Part shown: positions 13,804-26,600 of the stretch, piece by piece
Position numbering within the stretch: position 1 is the stretch's first letter
Layout: every line of letters begins with the position of its first letter
Origin: Antedon mediterranea
Taxonomy: Eukaryota; Animalia; Echinodermata
Length of the DNA stretch: 64,000 nt
Direction of reading: 5' to 3'
NCBI RefSeq assembly: GCF_964355755.1
Contig: NC_092678.1
Location: 16,535,881 to 16,599,880 of the forward strand
Position numbers and translations under genes: made by a program
Notes under the pieces: model-generated
Database searches by the model: none
The model's input: the letters and a program-made list of their open reading frames with translations, nothing else
What the model was told of the DNA's origin: nothing

Positions 13804-14622
13804 CAGCGCCAGACTGAACACATATCGGACAAGATATGCCTATCATGATTAAGAAGAATAAATTGAACATCATTGACGTTGAAAAGCGCTCTTTGCTTAT
13901 AATTGATCTTCTTGCACCTGACCCCTGACCAACGTATGCGGTAACTAGCAATGGTCTTTGTACGTCAAGGATACAGTCTGATAGAGATACATATTATAGT
14001 TTGATACGCGCATGCGCAATAAGTGACTTTAACTATGTAGGAATGTGTAGATTATCTTGGTTTTTAGAATAAAAGTGCTTTGTTCTGCTACACTGATAAC
14101 CATATTGCATTCGAATGATTTACAATATTAAGCAAATTATAATTTAGTAAAAATATTTATGTAATTACAATTTTAAATACATTTTTAGGATTTAAAAATA
14201 CAAATTAATAAATGTCATTATACATAAGATAAATAACAATAGATGTACGGTAATTACAATAATAATGAATATTAAGTATGTACAAAATCTAGCTACTTAT
14301 TATAATTATGCTTAATTGATATAATTCTTTATTTTTACGCAGCGCCACCAGTGGCCCGGCATTTTGTAACAAGATTTTGTATATGTATGAAACGTCAAGC
14401 GTGACAACAAAATTGAATTTTTAATCATTTATAGCAATACTTTCTGCTACGCAATGCAAATACCAAACATTTTACAATTAAAACAATTAAGTATGAATGA
14501 ATACATATTTTCTATGTACATTTTAAAGTTACATTTTCGATTGAATTTAAAAACCACAATAGGGCGGAAATCTATAGTTGCATAATATTTGCGAAAGTTT
14601 AATATGACTGAAATGTCATGAT

Positions 14623-17600
14623 TTAGCAGCAGTCTTTTTTCATTTTCAAAACTCCATTATACTTCAGGCCACTGTCATCATCTGTTGAAAAGATAGAAAT
14701 GTGTTAAATGAGCACAGTGGCATAAAACCTAATCATCATTATCACAAAAGTATATTCTTGCCAGTTAATTAGTTGATTTCGTATGACCAAAAACTGGTTA
14801 TTTCGTTCTATTCAATGATCAGCCCATTTTAAACATTTACGATTGTGGCACTTAAAAAAATACACTGTAGTGTAATTATTTCAGTTTTCAAACACTAAAG
14901 CAAAGACAGGTAGCTCAAGTTTGACCAATAACAAGCGACAGTTCAGATGAGGCGTAGCTAAGTGATTGGTCAAATTACTCGCATTGGACGTACATGACAG
15001 TGAGACCTTAGTGGGAGATAAATAATGATATAAACTCACAGAGCCAGTCGTTTTCACTAGTTCCAGCCGTCTTGAAGTCCGGCAAACTTTTTGTCAAAGA
15101 GTCCCAGGCGCCTTTACTGATAAAAACCCACGTTGCACCATGATCTTTACTGCGCATGTAACTGCGCATGTCCATGTGAATGCCATAGATGAGTCCTGTG
15201 AGCTGGTCAGATCCAATGACATTGTGTAGGTTCATTGGTAGAGCTATTGAAGAATATTTACATTTTTATACATATTAAAATAATAATAGTGTAGGGATAT
15301 ATTTTTCATTTTAACATAAGAAAAATATTAATATAGGCCTATGCAATGTTCTGTTTATGTGCCTTTTTTTTAAATCGAAAAAAGTGAAAAAAAAAAGAAA
15401 TTCATTGTTGTGTGGTCGCTATAAGCAATCAAGGAAAGCTGTATTGACAAAAGAAATGTAGGCACTACGCCTAACTATTCATTGATAGTTGTCTGCAAAT
15501 CCGAAAATCTCCGGGAGACAATGTCAGTGTTAGCCCTATTACTTATCGATTTATCAAGTTGGAGATTCCTCTTGCTGTCCATATCGATGTGTATGATAAC
15601 CCGTGGAAGTAAGTATGGAAGGTTTTGATATATCAGCTAGCCTCAATTTGTGCTATTATATGAGGGACATTACGTAAACAATCTTCATTGTTTTACCTTT
15701 CCAGCGTCCATCTGGTGGATTAGCTTGTACATAGCAGGACGGAACAAGCTTGTCTGATAGACGTCCAACTGAAGGGTTACAAGCAAAAATGACGTCATTA
15801 TCCGGATCGTCCAACTTCTTAGTTATGACAAAACCCCGGTCATAATAATCTGTCAAAATGATACAAACAAATCGATGAATTGTATTAAGTGAAAAATATC
15901 TTAAGTGTTGATTCTTCGACAAGTTTCTAAAAGTGAGACAGATAAAACCATGTTAAGTAGAAACGAGTCGTGCTCGGGGATATTCGTTTAGACTAATTTA
16001 GATATGTTTCAACAGTACTGAGACATGTATTGTAGATTGAGAAGTATTCAATACTTATATATATAAACAAATCAGGCAAAGAACATTAATTCCAAACCGC
16101 CAAGTGATATACTGAAATTTAATTAATTAATTTGAAACGATAAAGATGAGGAAATCTGTGAGAATGAGAAAATACTTATATATATATATATATATATATA
16201 AGTATATATATATATATATATATTTAGCTTTTCGCTTTTTATTTTTGTATCTCCATTGAGATCCAGCCACTGTTACCCACAGAATTGTCATTTTTTCAGT
16301 AATTTGCCTTTGGATTTATATATATATTTATAAACAAATCAGGCAAAGAACATTAATTCTAAACCGCCCGGTGTTCCGCCGTACCACGCCGAGAATGTTA
16401 AAGAGTCGCTATCCAATACCATGAAAGCCCCAGTGGTGGTTAGGACATCTGCATATAAAGCAGGCAGTCCGAGTTCGAGTCTCGGTTGGGGCGACTTTTT
16501 CTCATTCTCACAGATTTCCTCATCTTTATTGTTTCAAATTAATTAATTAAATTTCAGTATATCACCGGGTTTTTTATAATTATAGTTCTTTGCCTGATTT
16601 GTTTATGAATTGAATTGAATTTATTTGATGCTCAACATTAAAATAACAAACAGACAAAAGACAAAATAACGAGCATCAGGAACACCCATTAGGCCGGAAA
16701 AACCAGCCCATTTCCAATGGGGTCCAAATTGCACATAACAAACAAGAGAAAATACAACATTAATAAAACTATAAATATATAAATATACATTAAAATAAAG
16801 CCCAGTAAAACAGAAAAATTAAAATGAGAAAAATTGCACGTAATCAAGACCATTATAGTTATCAAAATTATTCTAAATATAAAATATTGCGTTCAAAATG
16901 TTTTTTAATATGAGATTTGAAGGTAGTTAAGTTGGAAATTAATTTTAAGTTTGATGGAAGAGCGTTCCAGTCTTTGATAGCAGAGAAAAAAAAAGTAGAA
17001 TGAGACTGTTTTTTTCCTTTAAGTAGAGGTAAAACCAGATTAACATTACGTTGGCGTGTGTTATGTGTGTGGATTGTGGATGTCCGTGAGAAATGTTCAG
17101 ATAGATATGGAGCTGCATTGTTATTGACAATTTTATGAACATTACAAAGCCTGAGAAATTTCACTCTACTTTCCACCTTAAGCATGCCAATGTCTGATAA
17201 CTCCTTCTGACCAATATGAGATCGTGGTCCGAAACCGTAAATAAAACGCACAAATTTGTTCTGAGTGGTCTGTAGTTTTTGCTTCAAAACTTTGTCAATA
17301 CCTTCATACCAAGTCGAAGCACAGTAATCAAACAAGCATTGAATTAAGGCAGAGCATAACAGTTTTTTCGTGTTTTTGTCCAAGCAACTAGCCTGACGAT
17401 ATAAATACCTTAATCTACTATTCGCCTTTTTTATAACACTTTTGGCGATGTTGTTACAAGAGGCAGAACTATCAAGTTCTATACCTAAATATTTTACTGA
17501 CTTAGAACCCGTTAAAGTAAGGCCATGAGAAATAATATTGAAAGATCGTAAACGTTGAAGTCGTTTTTGGGTACAAAATATGATAGATTCAGTTTTACTG

Positions 17601-20600
17601 ATATTGATAGATAGTTTGTTATCGACAAGCCATACTCTACATGAATCAAGAGCTTTACTAAGTTTATCAGCGACGACAGTCGGATCTTTGTGCCAGAAAA
17701 CAATTGCACTGTCATCAGCATATAACAGCAATTTGCAATCAGGGTCGATACTTACAACCATATCGTTTATGAAACATAAAAAAAGCAAAGGACCCAGAAT
17801 GCTACCCTGTGGAACTCCACATGAAATATCCATGGGAACGGATAAGGAGTCTTCGATTTTAACAATTTGGCTTCTGTTTGACAAATATGAACGAAACCAG
17901 TCTAATGAGGTGATGCCCATTAACAAAAGCTTTTCACACAATATATCATGATCGACAGTGTCGAATGCCTTACATAAATCTATAAGTACCATACCAGTAT
18001 GTGTACCTTCGGAGTTATTATATACTGTATTATATTACCGGTATATATTATGTTTAAACTCTTAGAGTTGTTCTAATGATGCGACGGAACTCCTTGTGCA
18101 ATATTAGCTATACTATATAGAATTCTTTTTTACCAAACTTACCTGGAACTGGGCATTTACTAGCATCACTGACACACACAGTATGTTTTCCGTTTTCACA
18201 CTTATGAGCACCAGCCACGCAACCATCGCACTGGCTAGATCCCCCATCATAATGGCAGACGTCTGTCTGAGATTCGGTCCATTTGCTGTACCTCATCACA
18301 GCTTCTTTTGCATATCTTAGTACTGCAGACTCTGAAGAAAAAAAACGTACTATAACAATGGACGTACAACCTTACTTGTTTTTCTAAAACCCTCTTTCTA
18401 ATAGACAATGTGTTCGTTTCTTTATTACAAAATTGCAGATGTCATTTAGTGGTTTTCCATGGCGATCAAGATAGTAAAGTATGTAGTCATTATCGAAAAA
18501 CCAAGTGCCCGATCACAACACAACAATTTGTATTTAGGTCAAAGTTTAAAACATTATTGCATTTATCCGATAATTATCTGATTTGAATGAGATAATTATC
18601 GGTTAATTTTTCTGGAGCGGAATCAGTTAAACCCCGTTTCCACATGAACTTTATCGGTAAATTATCGGTTACGGTTTATCGGTTATGTTTGGCTGCAGAA
18701 AAACGGTCTTGTGCAGTACGTAAGAACCATGGAATTAGAGTACCGTATTCAAAATCTAACATATGATACTCGCAGATAGCTGGTAGGATAGCGGTGCAGT
18801 CCATTATGTCCCAGTCACCAAGATCAGTACTGACATCCCTTGTATCGTAGACATCTACAAAAGCCGCAGCTCCGCAGTCTTCAGTCACACTTGTTCCGGG
18901 TCTGTTTGGTAGCCATTTTGTAAAAGACGCCGATGACCCGTTTGTCCACTTGAAAGTATCAGTACCCTAGAACATATACATTGTTATAATTGAAGTCATA
19001 AGGAGTAAAATAAATGACATGTCATGTGATTAATCATAGACTTGTCCTGTCAAAGTTAAGTTACGTCTCCCTTCTCGTGTAGTTAGCATGGCCAGTTCAT
19101 TACGGTAATTACGAGTGACATGGGGTCTGATAGCCATACTCACCCCAACGTCTTTTAGCCCAATCCAGTATTTGTATGGCGAGAGTGCTGGAACGAGGCC
19201 TCGAAGAAATTGCTGTTCAAACGTATCTTCAATCATGACTAATTGCGCATTGTCTGCTTCACAGGCCGCCTTTGCTGCATCCCAAGTTTCTAGCGTGTCG
19301 TTGAACACTTTGTAACACGTTTCTTTGTAAGGTGTGTAACCAGACCGACATAAATCTAGAAGTACAGTGTAAGAGTTATAGAGTAATTATAATCAGCCGA
19401 TTCATGTTTGTAAAAATCATAGACACACTCTTTTTAACAACGTAACATATCGATCACATGTAAACTTGTATCAACGAAAGTTGGTTTGGTCGAGGAAGTC
19501 ATCGTTATGATACACATGTGATCCTGTATCTACAACTTCTCTATGTTACAGGACAAATTGTCGATACTTTACCGATATTACAATCATAATAAACATAATT
19601 CAGATTTGATAAGAATGGCTTAATGTTGTGAAAGAAACATTTTTTAGGCGCCTTATGTTTAAAAACAGCCGTTAATTACGGCACATGCAATCCTCACAAC
19701 CTGGAGAGATGCGCCTAATATTCATTTTAACATGGTTAGAATATTATGCAGACAATGTATAACTCTTTCAGATTAAACTGACATACTATCGTACACTTAC
19801 CACCTCCACCAACATCTGGTCTGTCCGAATACGTAAATTGAAAAGATTTTGTGCAAGCAAGAACTTTAGCGCTATTAACAGTCGAGAACCACAACAAATC
19901 AGCCACGCCAACAAATCGACGAGTGCCCGGAGCAGTTTTTCCGTGTTTGTCGATTCCTAGGCGTACACGGAAAGTTGGTTTTGCGGCAATCTGAATGGTT
20001 CCAAGCTGTGAAATACATGCGAAATGTTACTACGTCTGTCTTTGATTTCATTTAGAAAACCCCTGTCGACTTATATCATAATTCATTAAAACAGAGAAAG
20101 TAAAACACACCACCCAGCGAAATAAAGGCTGTAATAATTGTAAACCTTTTAAATAATAACAAATCTGAAGAGTGAAAAAATCGCTCCCAGCCAAGATCGA
20201 ATCTGTTATCCTGATGCAGACAGACGTTACACTTCAATAATAAGTATATGAATGTTTCTGAAAATGTTACTGAAGGTACTACACTGGCCATCCACATGTT
20301 TCCTAATCTTTCAAAATGTATCAGCGCTGTAGGTATACACCTAACATACTTAAAAGTACTCTTCCAAACCTTATTAACCAAGCTGACCGTGGGCCTTACA
20401 CATAATTAAAGCTGGTTGATTGTAGAATAACTTACATTAAATCGTGTAAATCATTTAGAAAACCACTGGCGACTTATATCATAAGTCATTAAAACAGAGA
20501 AGTTTACACTTCATTAATAGGTACGTTAATGTATTCTGAACTTGTTACACTGAAGGTACTACACTGCCCATCCACCCGTTTCCTAATCTTTTAAAATGTA

Positions 20601-23600
20601 TAAGCGATGTAGGTAAACACCTAACATACTTAAAAGTACTCTTCCAGCTGACCGTGGGCCCTACACATAATTAAAGCTGTTGATTGTAGAATAACTTACA
20701 TTAAATCGAACAGGAGATGGTCCAGGCATGTTTGGGTTTACCGCTGGTGACTGGAACAGCTCTGTGTATTCTGATTCAAGTTTAATATATTGCACATTTT
20801 TCGACTTCAATATTGTGAAAGTTACATCTACTGCTTTTCCCGTTGAATCGTCATCGTGCCAAATACTAATCAGTATTATTACATCATCACTGAAAATAAC
20901 AACCAGCAAATACTAATTATCGAAATTAAATTAGAGTGGTACCACAATCACTATATCCCAATACTAATAGGACTTGATTATGTGAACATATCTGCCGTAC
21001 TTTGATAAAAGGGCTTATCTACAAAAAGCTACTTTTTAGTAATTGTCAAAAACATGTTTTTGTTTTTCATTACAAAAGTTCATGTAATATTTTATTTTCA
21101 AATGAATATATTTCAAAAGTACATTATTTAAAAATATCTGACATAATATTCAATTATTACTTTTTTAATTCGAGGGTCAAATTGTAGATAAAGCCTTTTT
21201 CCAAATTAGTTGTACTTAAAAATGGCGGGAAATACTTTGAAAACGGGGCACTTTTGCAGTTATTTTGTTTGGTTTTTTTTATCAAAATTTACCAAAACAT
21301 TTAGTAACTTTAGTTAAAATAAATTATAAATGCAATTTAGATTTGGTAATTTGTAAAAAGGCTTTTCTACTGAAAGTATTAATCTGCCTCATTATATATT
21401 CATCATACCGTTATTTGATTTTGTCAAACGACTCAAATGCCAAATGCCGCAACCCAAATGTCAAATGCATATGTACAAATTGGTTACATTTAAAATTCGT
21501 CAAACATGAACAATGATTGCCAACGATCAAATACGACGAATGCAATTGTTTGCCAATCAAATAATGCACATCACAATTTCTGATAGTGTTCGCTGGTGTC
21601 AACTTGAACCATTCTAATTTAGCTTATTTTATTCATATAATTCTACAATAATAAGAACAATTACTCTTACATTGCTTGTATCCGATACCAAACTTACCCT
21701 TTATAAAAGGAATTAGTTTCGTATGTTATCTTGAACGACATCTTAGGCTTCGGGACTTCATTAATCAGCGTATAAACTGGTACTTCTCCAACCCAGATGT
21801 GAGCTCCATCTCCAATCTGCATTCCAAGTCCTAACCAGTGCTCAGATCCATTGACCACCGCGTCTGTATCGTCTAGGACAACTTCAATTTCTAACGCCAA
21901 GATGTTATTGTAAGCATCTGGGTCATTCACTTCAATAAATCCGTCAAACTGTGTCACCGACCAGTCTTTAAGGATGCCGAAATCATCATCGTTAGCAATG
22001 TACTGCGTCTGAGGAGCGTAGTAGCAGAACTCTGTCGAATATGTACACGATAAGGAGTCACTGACATACGAAACGGACACTTTGTTGATACTCCACTGCT
22101 CGCTTGTCTTGTTAGTCGTAAAGTTGTATGGTAGTGTGACTTTAATTGTAGGATCAGCGGTACCTTTTGGAAACTCAACAATAAGGTTCATATGCACCTT
22201 TTGCCCAACGTTAACATAAACATTGCCATCTGCAGAATGCTCAGTGATGTTCATCACGAAATACGGTAGTTTACTAAAAACTGCGTTTGACACTCCTTCT
22301 GCGGTGACTAAGCCATTGAATATGTCAGTTAATTCAGCAGTTATAGTTACACGTAAAATAACTCCAGGTTTTACATCGGCTACAAAGAAATTTATATAAC
22401 AACAATAAATATAGATTATTATTGTATGTCTAAAATAATGCAAATTAGGAAGACATTAAAACTATACTGTTCACTTCAAAGACGTATTGGTGTTATATTT
22501 CTTGTCAAATACATGCCTTAAACTACGAAAGCATAGTTTTTGTTAGCACTTGCTGACGTAATTACGATTTTGTACAACAAAGCGATGTATACAGTTACCG
22601 GAGGGATCTATAGGAACTGTTATAATGTGATATGGTTGGTTGGGGTCTGCACATTAATTCATAATACTTTTACAAAAGAATATCAATTTGATAATAAATC
22701 TGATCTTATACGCTAACGACATCGGTTTTATAAGAACAAGGATGTGGTAACACTCATTTGGGTTCAAAAGCTTACAGTGTAATTTATTATTTTGGCTAAA
22801 AAAAAAAAGATTCGGTTAAAATACCATTAACAGTGGAATTGATGGTTCCCTCAAATTGAATGTCAGATGAAAATAAACTGTTATTACTAAAGGACAAAGT
22901 AATTTCTGATGCGGAGACCAGTGTGACCATGAAGTTACTCTGAAAAAATACAATGAATCCGTTAAAACATCTCATAGCAAATCTGACTTAAAAATAAAAA
23001 CACAGTAGATCGGTCAAATAAAGAAGAAACCCAGCAATAGGTAAATATCTTTAGCGGTAATGTAAATAGAATCTCTGAGATTAAAGTCGGCAAAGTCGGA
23101 TCTTCTACTTCATTTTTTCCGCACGCCCAACCAACAATTATATTATAGAGAAAAGAACTATATCTATTGTTTGACATACCATTACATTAAGTTGTATTTA
23201 ATTATTTTACTGCTAAAATCACACGTCACACTATTTATTTTGACCACAACTTTACCCCGTTAACCAATATTTAAAAAAAATACAAATCAAAATCATACCG
23301 TCATGGTTGACTCGATGTTTCCGTTTCCTGTTAAAGTCCATATAAAAGGATCTGCAGACAGGTTGAACTGAAAAAAGATGTTTACTATAAATACCCGATT
23401 ATCAGTGCTGTATCTAGATTTGCCCAGTTTCATAGGAATAGTTGGTAATACAACATCTCATGTGTTTCACATGTTTCTCATGTGATAATAATAACCAAAT
23501 ATTCCTCTCATACTTGGAAACTACATCTCGTAAATACAGCACTGAGAATCGGGTAATAATTACATCCAACCGGTATTTAGTATTATATACATGTTCCACG

Positions 23601-26600
23601 TGTGTTATTTTTTGGATAAACGAACGTATACGTATATTTATCCATGTCGACACACGACACATGAATTCGTAGCTTGTTTCTTTTGGCCAAATTCATTTTA
23701 CGTACGTCAGTAGGACAGACAAATGTGATCCATTGTTCGCAGTAAGCTTATGTTGGATTTATTTAAATTTTTGTTCTTGTTTATGTTTTTAAGAACTCAG
23801 AACTTCACTGATGAAATATGATATACAAATATATTTTCAACAATTTTAATTAAAAATCTCAATGGTATAGTTAATACAAAACGCATAAAAAATCCGGATC
23901 ACGCACATGTGACGTATGCGCGAATTTCACCCATTAAGCGACTACGAAGTGTTCCTTTTTAGTTAATTACCTCCATATTCTCAGCTGTAAGGGTGACTTT
24001 CAAGCCTTTTCCTGACCCAGTAGTGTTCACCAAGAAATCTGTCTTCACTTCATCTCCAATTCCGTAGTAGGTTGTTGAATCTTCTACGGTTGCTCCCGCA
24101 TCCACGATGATGATGGGAGCTGAAAGTATAAGTTCAGCAATAAACAATTAGATAATAACAATAAAAATAAGAACAATTATTATACAAATAATTAATGTTT
24201 ATTCCTTGAAAAACTGACTACACTATTTAACGAGGCATAATTGACCAATAACAATTTCAAGAATACATTCAGGTGCATTATAAATGTATCTTTGCGATGG
24301 TCTGCTATCAGATTATTTACATTCAATTTGTAATCAATTACATGTTATATCGTTTTTTAATAGTTAAATGTGTCATCAAAAGGATATTGATAATTTTTTT
24401 TGCATAATTAGTTCGTTGTGTCCAACCTAATAGTTTGTTGGCAATACTATTTGAATAAGTTTAAAAGTTTAATTCAGAATCATAATATTTTAAAAACAAT
24501 TATTCATTATTAATTTAAAGCTTGGTTCCCATTAGAAAATACATCCTCGCGTTGTCTTTGATTTTTGGCAGAATCCATTACTACAGAACGGGGAAGATAC
24601 GGTAAAGTTATTCACAATCGCCTCTATTTTGGGTTTATCATTGAAGCAAAACGAAACAATCTGCGCGCAATGCATGCTGGTATTTAAAGCTAGCCGCTTA
24701 AATTATTGTAATCCACTTCTTTTTCAGTTTTTACCCGTTTAAAAACAACAAAAAGCACGCAATATAGGCCCATTTAGGGTTCATTAAAAAAAATGTAGTC
24801 TATACACAATATGTAGGGAATATATCTTATTTCTATCAGGTCATAGTTTAATATGTTACTCTCCAATTCTCCACTATGCATTTGAATAACAACACAAAAA
24901 TATTTCGTCGATTTTAAATAATTTCGAGAACTGAGTGAACATCGCGTCCAATTTCGTCCTAAAGAGTGTTTTTACTAGCACATTTGACTTAATTGTAAAT
25001 GTAGGTACTTAACAAAGGTAAATAAAAAATGGGCTTTTTGACCACAAATTTACTTTACTATTAACAGGCCTATACTGAAATAGAAATATAAAAGCAACGA
25101 TAATGGAACGTGTGCCATTTGCATCTTTAACTAAAAATTTGAGTTAGCAATTTAATTTAAATATTTGAATATTAAAATAGAATATTTACTTTTTAAAATA
25201 TATAATCCTCTTGGATTATTAAGTCGACTATCGCTACTTTCCTTTGATGATACTCTAGTTGTTATATCAACTCGATATATACCATCCGGTGTGTCTGTCC
25301 AGTACAGATAGTTTCCATAAATATCAATCCCCCACGGGTAATCCAGCCCAGCAATAATCGTTCTTCTGTTAGTTCCGTTAAGGTTAGCTCCCTCAATTAA
25401 CTTACTGCTCGAGACAATCCAATACATCTTTCCATCTTGAGAATAGTGACAAAAAAATGAGAAAGAGAGACGTATACGATTGAATACTGTACTTGAATAA
25501 GCGTATAAAGTTTTAACAAAACGATTTCAACAAGCAAGTGACCTTTTAGTAGGCGCGCAAAAATGGATTATCGTGCATTTAGTTCAAATGAAGAAAAGTT
25601 CTCAAGAAAATAAATCACAATGTAAAACGAAAAAAAAAATAATTAAGAAAAGTGTACTCAACTGTAAGCATAACTTTGATTATGGTGTCTGAGCAACATA
25701 CTTTGTGCTTAACAAGTAAAAATATCAGTATGCGATGTTCATTCGTTTCTGAACGTGCGCAGGGTTGTATTTTTACTCAAAAGCCGCGTGGCGCGTCGTT
25801 TGAACGCAAAGTCGCTAATGTCAGGAAGTAAAGTAAGACGCAGACTCTACTACATGCAGTACATTTAATGTCAAAGTGATAACCCCACGTATATTTGACA
25901 TGGTTTTGTGGTATCATGCACGAGCATTACATTGCTGAGCCAGTCACGGATGCGCACACAATGCTTACATATAGAGAGCGTGCACATTGTTAGCCTAATG
26001 TTGTCAGTACATGCATTATATCTACTACCGGTATATCTTTTCTATCTTGAAAATAGTATATCAACACAGTAAGGAAGAGAGAATGAATTCAATATATTGA
26101 TAATAATATAGTTTGATCATATGCTTGCTTATCCTTATTATATTTTAAGTTTTAACAAGTCAAATTATGTTAAAACGGTTTAGTGTGTACCAATAGCTTC
26201 ACGATATAAAGAATATATGTTGTAACATCCATAGCACTTATCAACCACCGTGCCTAATCGTTATGTGGATAACTTTAGACATAGGCCACGATATGTAATC
26301 GATCGTTGTTATTTTTGTCATTATAAGCTCTACAGGCTCAAAAGTTGGTAACATTTTATTTTCTAGCCTACAAAGTTACTCGTGTTGCAGGTATAAATAA
26401 GCAACGTGGCCAGAAATGATCATGTGATTTATAGTAAGCGACTTTATGTACAGGCATCAATAATTATAATTATAAATAGTTAGTAATAGTCTACATAATA
26501 CGGTAGTACTAGTCTACATAATACGGTAGTACTAGTCTACATAATACGGTAGTACTAGTCTACATAATACGGTAGTACTAGTCTACATAATACGGTAGTA

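Noticed and set aside
13596-13848. Overlapping ORFs with repeated peptides
   Set aside because: Translations of the 72-bp tandem repeat.
14339-14360. CTCF-like motif gcagcgccaccagtggcc between the tandem genes
   Set aside because: Only a partial match to the consensus; cannot be supported without ChIP data.
16427-16493. Functional tRNA-Tyr gene
   Set aside because: D-arm is shortened, anticodon ATA is atypical and it lies in a repeat; kept only as tRNA-like.
17580-17951. Plus-strand 123-aa ORF (similar cases 37696-38013, 40088-40327, 19115-19315)
   Set aside because: Antisense shadows of LINE, histone or lectin coding sequence.
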